Origin: Tubiluchus corallicola
Lineage: Eukaryota; Animalia; Priapulida
Assembly (NCBI GenBank): GCA_030141605.1
Contig: JAQGDQ010002447.1
Location: 1-31,538, forward strand
DNA length: 31,538 bases
Reading direction: 5' to 3'
Position 1 is the first letter of the stretch, and every line of letters starts with the position of its first letter. Shown here in pieces: positions 10,716-19,423 of this stretch. Made by a program: the position numbers and the translations under genes. A model generated the notes under the pieces. It worked only from the letters and a program-made list of their open reading frames with translations, was not told the DNA's origin and ran no database searches.

Positions 10716-10942
10716 GTTGTCCATTCCTTCTGCATTTCAAGAGATTGTGGTCTCACGTTTAAGTTTTTTTTCGTTTTTTGTGAAAAAAGCTTTCCAAAAT
10801 AGATGTTTCCTACTATATTAGAATGAGGTCATTGTCTGTCCGCCTTGCTGTGCGTGTTTTTGGCGTGTGGCTGTGTGTGGCACACCTGATCTTGGAAGCT
10901 TTTTATTAGTTGAACGAAAAATTTATTTTGTAGGAGGTCTTG

Positions 10943-13762
10943 ATGAAAAGTTTAAGATTACCTTCATTGACTTTGATTGTTGCCTTACTTTTGTTGGCTG
11001 GTTGTTCCGAATCTAAAGGAGCTCTCGATAATGAGACCGGTAGTACCAAGAGTAGTAGTGTAAAGATTGCAGTAAAATTTCCTAAGGCGTCCGCTGACGC
11101 AACCATTTCCGAACTTCTTGAGCCCAGCTTTATTGACAACTCCGTTGCTTGCTTTGAAATCAAGGTTGTGGCTGGGAGTGAAAGTGGGGATTTAAGGGAG
11201 GTTATTGGGTACATTACACCAGATGCTCCGATACTGGATATGGATGTCTACCCCGGTGAAATGACCATGCACGCTACGGCGACAACTTCCGGTTCTGTTA
11301 GGGGTTGTGATGGGGACGAAATAGAGAAAGTGGCGGTGAGCGGTACGCTGGAAGATGGGGAGAACAATATCCTCATTAGCCTCGTGAGAGCCGATTGGAG
11401 TCTTGCCAAACAACTTAACATTGAGCTGAGCGGTGGGGACAGTTTTTCCCCTAGAGAGTCTATCTCAATGGTGCCGTCCTATGAAGAGGGTAGCACTAAT
11501 GCTTTGAAAGTGAAAGATGGCGAATATTTGGCGTATTTGACTTTTAGCTCAAGTCTTGCTGCAGATGTTGCTAACGATGACGTTTTTGACGAAAGAGCGA
11601 TCTGTGAGGCAGGTGCTGCGGCAAATACTGTCGATTGTGTTGTCCCTGTGTCTTATTCAGCCACTTTCTTAAAACCTGACACGACGGAATACTTCTTTTC
11701 AAGTGGCAAGCCTATTGCGCTGAATGATTCCACCCTCGTCTATTTGGGTGGGGATTTTTGCGGTGAAAAGGAGGCTGACAAGTGTGAGTTTCAAGTTACC
11801 GATAGCGGTGGTACCGACATTACAAATCAAGTGAAAAATTTCAGTCCACTAACCGTAGAGGACGGCGGCAAGGGCTTTTCTGGCAACGTTCAAACTTTGT
11901 ATTTGACGAGTAAGAACATTAGCGTCAAAGACTTTTACCTGAATGGAGCGAAAGCTCAGTTGCCCGCAAGTGCGGCACCGTTTGAGCCTAGTGCAACCTA
12001 TGGGGCTTTTAGTCCATCCTCTGGGGTGTGCTTTGACGATGTCACTGTTAAGAAGAAAGAGACGGTGGATTACAGCTACGGCGGTTCCGATTATGTTGCC
12101 TCTGTAGAGAAAGTTTATGAAGGCACTTTGTGTGCGAATGAGATCAATACATTAGCGTCTAACACTAGCCTCAGCGTGGGTAAGGGCTTTGATGTCGAGT
12201 ATGCGCCTAGCTCAGGGGGTGTTCTGACGGGCACAAGTGCCAAATACAACTGGAGTGCAACCCCAGACAATAGCGCAGATGAACTCACGTGCAGATTTTA
12301 TGGCGATTTGGCAAATTCCAAGGTACCAAGTTATACAGATTTGGACTGCGGTGACGCCTATGAACATTTGGAAACCTACCAAGCAAGAGGGGAAAAACAC
12401 TCCAGACTCGTCGTCAGTAACGGCAGAGAGAGCAAGTTTGTAGACTCTTTTGTCACTGTGTATGGAGCTCCGTCCGTAAATTCTTTTGAGCTGGTAGATG
12501 CCAGCCTTGCTGCTTCCAGATATGCCTTGACCGAGTCGGCGGCGAAGTTTGCATTTGATATATACAATCCGGATGGTTTGTCCTTCGACTGCAAGTTGTA
12601 TCCCTACGGCTTCTCTTCCCCTTCTGTTGTAGTAGATGTAAGCGATTGTGACCAGGCAACTACAGTGGATTACCTGTATAGCAGCACTGCCCCGAGTTTG
12701 CAGGCTCGCCTCCAGTTGACTTCCGGCATTTTGGATAGTGCTAATATACACGGTGATAGTTCCATATTTAATGTTTATGAGCTTGGCTCGGTTATAAGTA
12801 ACTTTAGCGTAGATGAGAGCGATGTGCTTACCGGAGATAATGTGACGTTGCAGTGGAATGTGGCTACAAATCCTCCATCTGCTGACTATACTTGTGAGGT
12901 GTCGTTTGGCGTTGGTGCTGGTACGGAAGACTGTAGCAACAAGGTTGAGCAACAATATGCCTACTCAAGTTCGGGAAGTTACTCTCCTGAGATCACTCTG
13001 ACGTCAACTAAGTATCCCAGTGCTTCTGCTGTTACCAAGCTTTCATCCGCTATTGAAGCTTTGGCAAGGCCTAGCGTGACGGGTTTTACGATTGTTCCCT
13101 CTACTAACTTGGAGACTGGCGATGAAGTCAATATGAGTTGGGATATAGCTAATAGCGACAATATTCCTCTTGATTGTACCATAGAGCCGGAAGGCGCTGG
13201 TGCCCCAGCAAGTTCCACATTTCCTTGTGCAAACGGTACAAATAATTACAAGTACACGTACATAGACGAGCAGCTCATACCCTTTGAGCCTGCTTTGACT
13301 GTGTCTTCCTCTAAATATAATTTTAGTGTTGACCGAAAGACTGGGCCGATAATCATTGATTCTTCTGATAAGTATCCTGATACCGTCATTAGTTTATCGA
13401 GCTACACGCACCCTAATATGAAGATAGGTGAGGTCGGGATAGTTAATCTCAATATTGAAAATGGGCAAGGAGCAAGCGGCAAGCTGGTTATGCGCGATCT
13501 TGACTTTGACAACACCAGTGCTGCTAAGTTTTTTGAAGTCGATGGTTCCGCAACCACGTGTGCTTATTCGTCCACTACCACTTTTGAGTTGGGTATAGGT
13601 GATAACTGTACTATTGCCCTGAAGTTTTACATTGATGAGAATGTCGATGTCACTACTAAGTTGACGCTTGAGACGAATGATAACGGTACGGGCCAAGGGA
13701 TAGATCAGAGTGGAAAGTACACAAGTTTGGAGAATATAACTGGTAACTTGAGAGTTCGATAG
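10943..13762 (+). CDS. Giant surface lipoprotein, N-terminal part (lipobox, four Cys-paired PKD-like repeats, choice-of-anchor-D/ASH-like Ig domain)
   Basis: SD AGGAGG before ATG 10943; signal peptide ending LLLAG-C. Ser/Thr/Asp/Gly-rich beta-type composition. Repeats of the form PSV..F....W......L.C......C....Y.Y.....L.V. Ends at an in-frame TAG. Confidence 0.8.
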   Translation: MKSLRLPSLTLIVALLLLAGCSESKGALDNETGSTKSSSVKIAVKFPKASADATISELLEPSFIDNSVACFEIKVVAGSESGDLREVIGYITPDAPILDMDVYPGEMTMHATATTSGSVRGCDGDEIEKVAVSGTLEDGENNILISLVRADWSLAKQLNIELSGGDSFSPRESISMVPSYEEGSTNALKVKDGEYLAYLTFSSSLAADVANDDVFDERAICEAGAAANTVDCVVPVSYSATFLKPDTTEYFFSSGKPIALNDSTLVYLGGDFCGEKEADKCEFQVTDSGGTDITNQVKNFSPLTVEDGGKGFSGNVQTLYLTSKNISVKDFYLNGAKAQLPASAAPFEPSATYGAFSPSSGVCFDDVTVKKKETVDYSYGGSDYVASVEKVYEGTLCANEINTLASNTSLSVGKGFDVEYAPSSGGVLTGTSAKYNWSATPDNSADELTCRFYGDLANSKVPSYTDLDCGDAYEHLETYQARGEKHSRLVVSNGRESKFVDSFVTVYGAPSVNSFELVDASLAASRYALTESAAKFAFDIYNPDGLSFDCKLYPYGFSSPSVVVDVSDCDQATTVDYLYSSTAPSLQARLQLTSGILDSANIHGDSSIFNVYELGSVISNFSVDESDVLTGDNVTLQWNVATNPPSADYTCEVSFGVGAGTEDCSNKVEQQYAYSSSGSYSPEITLTSTKYPSASAVTKLSSAIEALARPSVTGFTIVPSTNLETGDEVNMSWDIANSDNIPLDCTIEPEGAGAPASSTFPCANGTNNYKYTYIDEQLIPFEPALTVSSSKYNFSVDRKTGPIIIDSSDKYPDTVISLSSYTHPNMKIGEVGIVNLNIENGQGASGKLVMRDLDFDNTSAAKFFEVDGSATTCAYSSTTTFELGIGDNCTIALKFYIDENVDVTTKLTLETNDNGTGQGIDQSGKYTSLENITGNLRVR

Positions 13763-16104
13763 TACCCCACTAGACTGTATTATGAAGATGCTAACAAAGG
13801 TGTTCTAGGCGGCGGTCCAATTAAAATGGCATACGATAATACTACGGCGGGATATCACATTATCTATCCTACCGTCGATAATTCGACCGGTGAAGTGCGC
13901 TACCATGGTTACTTTGATGGTATTAGCTCGAGTACTTCGAGGTATGCATTTGCTCCGGGTGAAATCACTAAGGACGTTGACGTGAACGTGGCATCTGACA
14001 GTGCGTCCAGCACAAATTATTTTTACATGGTCAATGTAAGTTCCGGAGGTGATTTAATCTATCGTCGTTTTGCCGTAAATGGTTTCAGCTGGAGTTTGGA
14101 TAATAGCACTCCTCAGACTATTGCTCGTAATGTTACTGGATATGAGAAGGATCGTATGAGCAGTGTTGTGATAGCGGTAGATAGCCTTGATCATGGTGGT
14201 TCGCGTGTTGATGTCCCATATGTGCTTTATACGGATGGCGGTGGTAAGTCGCTGAAGCTCACAACCATAGAGGCGGGGCAAAGTACGTGGGGTGAGGTTG
14301 AGCTAGCTAATGCGGTAGATGATCCCATATCTTGTATATCGATAGATGAGTCCAATACAAACTTGGTGATTAGCTATATTCAGAATTCTAAGTTGTACTA
14401 CGCAAAGGCGTCAGGCTTTGGAGGGGATCTAAACAGTATAGATCAGAGCTTGCATTTCTCTTCTTTAAACGACGTAATCAGGTATGATATCACCAGCTCT
14501 GATACGTGCTACTCCAGCTCTTTAATAGATAATGCAGGGAACTTGTATCTGTCTCTGTATACAGAAGATGGCAACATTGAGATTGTGAAGATTGATGGAA
14601 ACGGGTCTTATGAGGATCGTATTACCGTCGCTAATGCTCACCCGTCCTATGTCATTCGTGATGCTAACTATGAGAGGGGAGGGCAAGGAAGCCTTAATGA
14701 TCTGAACCCGATTATCGCCTACGTCGACAAGAATGACAAAGAAGATAAAGATATCCATGTTGAAGTTTAACTCTTCGCCCGTTGCGGCTGAGCCTATCCG
14801 CACAGTAGACTTTAATAATAGGTATGAGTACTTTTCTTATGATCACACCACGAGTGATACTGTTGGCAATGAAGCGTATAAGGACAATCTGTTAGTCTAT
14901 TCAGACACCCTGCACTCTGATAACAACTCTTCTTGGAGATTGTATTACAGTAGAGACAATGGCAGTAGAGAATTGCATAAGAATAACTACATTCACATGA
15001 ATACGCCTGATACATTCAGTGTGTCTTCGTCTAGTGACGGTGGCGTTGCTGTGACGTACACAAATGTTGATACGGACGATGTATATCTGCACATATCGAG
15101 TACTTCTGGCGCAGCTCCTGTATTTATGAGTGTCGGGAATTCTGATTATCGCAAGCTGTACCGGACTGGGGATGATGTGAGTGGGGCGTTCTATAGTAGC
15201 GGTAGCGGCGATATTGATAGTTTTTACATAGCTAGCAGTTGCCAGTCTAGTGAGAGCTCCAGCGCTGAGGTGTGTGGCTTTAGCGCTTCCTTAAGCGATC
15301 TGACGGGGTTTAGTTTTGGGCTGAACGTGAGCAGTCTTGATGACGATGCTATTGAGGATGCACCACTAGGTGGGTTATTCAAGTCGAGTGGTGGCGCCAG
15401 TAAGATTGAGCTGTTTTCTGTTCCATCGGGTAGTGATAAGCTCTATCTGAGGTCGGATAATGCTTTCTCTGCTTTCAAGGGTAGCAGTTGGTCAAAGCTT
15501 GGAGAGCATTCTGAGGATTTGGAATTTGCTCAGAGTTCTGTACGTGGGAATAAGATTCTCAGTCTTTTCACGGACAAAGATGCCAACAACAAGAGCACCT
15601 TACTTTCCACTACGCTGGATTTAAATAGTATTACTATCAATTCTAACGACGGTCTCGGTATTGGAGCTTCTGATCCTTCCAAGTATTCAACTGTTGCTGT
15701 AGACAGTAGTGGTATTATCCACATCCTTCGCATCTCTGATAGTAGCGACAGGGTTCTGTACATGGAGATTTGATGAAGGGCTTAATGAGCTTTTACAAAA
15801 ATACGATGTCTATGGCGCCAATAGGAATATAGGATATGTCAGCAGTGCGGGCTTTGACGAAGATGGCTTCCTGCACACTACCTTTCTGGACTTGAGCGAC
15901 AGTAAATACTATTATGGCGTTATGAACGATGCTGGGGATTGGTTGGCGATTACAGAGATTGCTAGCGGTGTTGGACCGGATACGATCGGCAAAATGGTGA
16001 TCGACAATGATGAAAGCGATAGCAACAGCGATCAGGAGTTGGTGGTTTATCTGCAAGATCCTGAGACCAGCTACATTACGGAGTATAGGTTAAATATTAA
16101 GTAG
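13763..16104 (+). CDS. Giant surface lipoprotein, C-terminal beta-propeller part (ORFs 13826-14770, 14733-15773 and 15709-16104 joined by two +1 shifts)
   Basis: The same frame stays open immediately after TAG 13760-13762. The part has no own SD or signal peptide. Blade-like motifs recur (IAVDS..., LIDNAGNLYLSLY, VAVDSSGIIHI, GFDEDGFLHTTF). Removing one A at 14738-14740 and one G at 15764-15765 gives a continuous reading. Confidence 0.7.
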
Positions 16105-16128
16105 CTTTGACCTATAGGAGAATATCAT

Positions 16129-16161
16129 AGGCGAGGGCTTAAGTGCTCTCGCCTTTTTTTT
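16129..16161 (+). terminator. Rho-independent terminator
   Basis: AGGCGAGGGC-TTAAGT-GCTCTCGCCT followed by a T run, 24 nt after the stop at 16104. Confidence 0.88.
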
Positions 16162-16230
16162 GGCTGAAAAACGTTCTTTTGCGTAACCTTTGTCATTTGT
16201 AAGTTACATTTTGATGACAAATTTTGTCTG

Positions 16231-16259
16231 TTGTAAATTGTTGTTTGAGGTATTACAAT
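16231..16259 (+). promoter_or_regulatory. Candidate sigma70 promoter of gnd-zwf-pgl
   Basis: TTGTAA-17 nt-TACAAT upstream of SD GGAGG and GTG 16292. Confidence 0.45.
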
Positions 16260-16291
16260 TGGATTGATACTATGTGTAGGGGAGGCTTTTT

Positions 16292-17203
16292 GTGGATATA
16301 GGTTTTATTGGTCTTGGCCGGATGGGCTTGAGTATGGTCCGCAGGCTTGTTGAAAGCGGTTTCAGCGTTGGAGTTAGCAACAGAAGCAGTGAAGCGATAA
16401 ATAACGCTTCGGGCTTTGGGGCAAAGCCTTTTTATTGTTTCGATGAGCTCTGTAATGCCCTCAATAAAAATATGGAAACGCCAATTCTATGGGTTATGGT
16501 TCCATCAGGTGATGTTACGTTAGAAGTCATTCGGCATGTAGCCAGCAAGCTTAAGAGCGGCAGCATTATTATTGATGGTGGCAACTCCTACTATAAAAGG
16601 AGCCAGATGATGAGCAGTACCCTTGAGCGCGAGAATGGAATGTATCTTCTCGATGTGGGAACAAGCGGAGGCATATGGGGTTATGAGCGTGGTTACTGTT
16701 TTATGGTTGGAGGGTGTGAAGAGTCTTATAAAAAGATAGAGCCTTTCCTTGCGGCTATGAGTCAAACGAATGGCTACCTCCATGTCGGCCCTTCAGGTAG
16801 TGGACACTTTACAAAGATGATACACAATGGAATCGAGTACGCCATTATGCAAGCCTACGGAGAGGGATATGAACTTCTTGCGTCAAAGAAGGAGTTTGAC
16901 ATAGATCTCAGCAAGGTGTCAAAATTGTGGCAAAGCGGCAGCGTTATAGATTCTTGGTTGTTGAGCCTCATTGCCAGTATGTTTGAGAAGCATGGTAATG
17001 CCCTTGAAGATGTACGAGGGTATGTCGAGGATTCCGGCGAAGGCAGATGGACAGTTATGGAGTCCATCGAGAGGGAGGTGTCAGCACCATTAATATCCCT
17101 TTCCCTTATGCAAAGGTTCCGATCTCGTAAGGATGATACTTTTACCGATAAAGTTATTGCCGGTCTTAGAGATGAGTTTGGAGGACATGGATTTAAGTCA
17201 TAG
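16292..17203 (+). CDS. gnd: 6-phosphogluconate dehydrogenase, decarboxylating (short YqeC-type)
   Basis: GFIGLGRMG, IIDGGNS, DVGTSGGIWG, GHFTKMIHNGIEY, DSGEGRWT, LRDEFGGH; 303 aa. Confidence 0.95.
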   Translation: MDIGFIGLGRMGLSMVRRLVESGFSVGVSNRSSEAINNASGFGAKPFYCFDELCNALNKNMETPILWVMVPSGDVTLEVIRHVASKLKSGSIIIDGGNSYYKRSQMMSSTLERENGMYLLDVGTSGGIWGYERGYCFMVGGCEESYKKIEPFLAAMSQTNGYLHVGPSGSGHFTKMIHNGIEYAIMQAYGEGYELLASKKEFDIDLSKVSKLWQSGSVIDSWLLSLIASMFEKHGNALEDVRGYVEDSGEGRWTVMESIEREVSAPLISLSLMQRFRSRKDDTFTDKVIAGLRDEFGGHGFKS

Positions 17204-17238
17204 TACTTCCAAGTTTTTTGTATAGGAGGCACTTGCCT

Positions 17239-18711
17239 ATGTTGCATGTTGATATGCAGAAGTACTGCTCCCGGGAGGCGATGCTAAAGAAGGCAGACCC
17301 TTTTCAAATTTTAATATTTGGCGGAACCGGCGACCTTAGTAAAAAAAAGCTGATCCCTTCACTGTACCGTCTGTTTTTGCTGAATAAGTTTGACAAATTC
17401 AGAATAATCGGCCTTGGTAATAAAATTTTGAACAATTCTGATTATAGGGAACTTGTGTCAAGTGCACTCGCTGGTTACGACGATAGTCGATTGGAAGATT
17501 TCCTTGAGCTTTGCAGCTATCTGAGTGTGAAGGATGGTCTGAACCCTGTCTATGATCGCGTATCTGCTAACGTTGCCGAGGGTTATTACGATGTGGTTTA
17601 TTATCTTGCCATACCCCCGAGCAGCTATGAAAAAACTGTTCTCGCTCTCAAGCATTGTAGTCGCACTGATATGTGCAGAAGGAAGATTGTCGTTGAAAAG
17701 CCTTTTGGTGTCGATAGAAGTTCTGCTTCCCATCTGAATGATGTGCTTTATAAATTTTTTGAAGAGAATGAAATTTATCGGATAGACCATTATCTCGGGA
17801 TGGAAACGGTCCAGAATATACTCTTTTTTAGATTTGGTAATAGCATATTTGAACCCCTGTGGAATAGAGGACATATAGATCATGTGCAAATAAGCGCCTA
17901 TGAGGAGATAGGTATTGGGGAGCGTGGATCATTTTATGATCCTTCCGGTGTTGTGCGTGATGTGGTTCAAAACCATATCATGCAACTGATCGCCGTTATT
18001 GCCATGGAGCCGCCGCTCAAGTTTGGAGGGGAGGCTATTCGAGATGAGCGGGTTAAAGTCTTGAAAAGTATTGTGCGCTACAATGATGAAGATATTCTCA
18101 ATGATGTTGTCCTTGGGCAATATGTCGCTTCTTTTGTTGAAGGAGAAAGCGTTAAAGGGTATCTTGAAGAGAGTTTTGTGCCGCATGACTCAAAGACCCC
18201 CACATTCTTTTCTGGCAAGTTTTTTATAGAGAACTGGCGTTGGGCTGGAGTTCCGTTTTATGTTCGTGCAGGCAAAAGACTACATAAGAAGATGACGGAA
18301 ATATATATAAGGTTTAAGACCCCGCCTCTTTCCTTATTTAATGATGGTTCCTGTGATAATATGGAGCCAAATGGTCTTCTCATATCTATCCAGCCCTCTA
18401 TGCGTATAAGCCTTACACTAAATCTGAAATATCCCGGCAGCGAAAACCATCCTCATCCGGTTGAAATGTCGTTTGACTACCCTTTTACCAAAACATCCTT
18501 GAATGCTTATGAGCGACTTTTATTGGACTGCTTAAAGGGGGATAACAGCCTTTTTGCGAGAAAAGACGGGATAGATGCCATGTGGAGTATTGTGGATAGA
18601 ATTAACTCAGCAAAAAATTTGCCTTTGCATTACTATAAAGCTGGCTCCAAAGGTCCCGTAAAGGCGTTTGATAATATTGAAAAGGACGGTAGGTTGTGGA
18701 GAATAATGTAA
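17239..18711 (+). CDS. zwf: Glucose-6-phosphate 1-dehydrogenase
   Basis: Start re-called at ATG 17239 (SD AGGAGG 17224-17229). Motifs FGGTGDL, YLAIPP, VEKPFG, RIDHYLGME, RDVVQNH, RWAGVPFYVRAGK, AYERLL. Confidence 0.95.
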   Translation: MLHVDMQKYCSREAMLKKADPFQILIFGGTGDLSKKKLIPSLYRLFLLNKFDKFRIIGLGNKILNNSDYRELVSSALAGYDDSRLEDFLELCSYLSVKDGLNPVYDRVSANVAEGYYDVVYYLAIPPSSYEKTVLALKHCSRTDMCRRKIVVEKPFGVDRSSASHLNDVLYKFFEENEIYRIDHYLGMETVQNILFFRFGNSIFEPLWNRGHIDHVQISAYEEIGIGERGSFYDPSGVVRDVVQNHIMQLIAVIAMEPPLKFGGEAIRDERVKVLKSIVRYNDEDILNDVVLGQYVASFVEGESVKGYLEESFVPHDSKTPTFFSGKFFIENWRWAGVPFYVRAGKRLHKKMTEIYIRFKTPPLSLFNDGSCDNMEPNGLLISIQPSMRISLTLNLKYPGSENHPHPVEMSFDYPFTKTSLNAYERLLLDCLKGDNSLFARKDGIDAMWSIVDRINSAKNLPLHYYKAGSKGPVKAFDNIEKDGRLWRIM

Positions 18712-19358
18712 CCAACTTTTTAAGTGACAGCGAATTGTTTCTGGCTTGTTCTGCCAGGGTTGAAGAGCTTGTCCGGGCTCTGATTGGAGAGGATCGTATT
18801 TCTGTAGTTTTTTCCGGGGGCAAAACTCCCGGTAGGCTGTTTAACACCCTTAGAAGCAATAAAAATATCGACTGGACAAAGATAGATATCTTGCTTGCAG
18901 ATGAAAGGTTCGTTTCTTTAAATGATGAGAATAGCAACTATAAACTGCTTGATGATGGGCTGTTAAGGCACATAGACGTGCCTTGTTCCAATGTATTTAG
19001 GGCTGATTTTATGGCAAGCTTGGAAGGGAGCCGTCTCGATTATGAGAGTAAGATTATAAAAAGATTTGGTACTGACCCGGTATTTGATCTCATCTTTTTA
19101 GGTATGGGGGAGGATGGTCACACGGCGAGCCTGTTCCCTGCAAATGTTGACAAGGGCGGTGTTGTAGTCTCTGCAGAAGAAAAAGTCGCAGGCTTTAGCA
19201 GAGTGAGCTTGAGTCTTAATACCATAAATAGCACAAAGGAGAAGATATTCTTGATTACCGGCAAAAACAAAGAGGCAACATTTCTTGAAGTGTTGGGCGG
19301 AGAGCACGCTGCGGGCAAAGTCTGCGGCAATGTGAAATACTTCACATACTGGGAGTAG
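18696..19358 (+). CDS. pgl: 6-phosphogluconolactonase
   Basis: SGGKTP, DERFV...SNY, FDLIFLGMGEDGHTASLFP. Confidence 0.93.
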   Translation: MENNVTNFLSDSELFLACSARVEELVRALIGEDRISVVFSGGKTPGRLFNTLRSNKNIDWTKIDILLADERFVSLNDENSNYKLLDDGLLRHIDVPCSNVFRADFMASLEGSRLDYESKIIKRFGTDPVFDLIFLGMGEDGHTASLFPANVDKGGVVVSAEEKVAGFSRVSLSLNTINSTKEKIFLITGKNKEATFLEVLGGEHAAGKVCGNVKYFTYWE

Positions 19359-19423
19359 AGTTTTGAGTATTTGCTTCGCTGTTGGTCTCTACTAGGCGTT
19401 AGCTCATTTTGTGCACAGTCCCA

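Noticed and set aside
10830-10890. GT-rich, A-poor leader before the giant lipoprotein
   Set aside because: Only a 5-bp GTGTG/CACAC stem is present, with no regular repeat or invertible-switch inverted repeats.
9702-12955. Long antisense ORFs (9702-10478, 12212-12955) and other overlapping ORFs in the track
   Set aside because: They are shadows of well-supported genes with no motifs or initiation signals.
14733-15773. Programmed frameshifting at the two +1 junctions of the giant gene
   Set aside because: There is no convincing slippery heptamer or long homopolymer. Each junction is explained by one extra base, like the errors in essential genes.
10943-16104. Cys-rich lipoprotein as a multiheme cytochrome or nanowire
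   Set aside because: No CxxCH motif is visible; the cysteines occur as widely spaced pairs.
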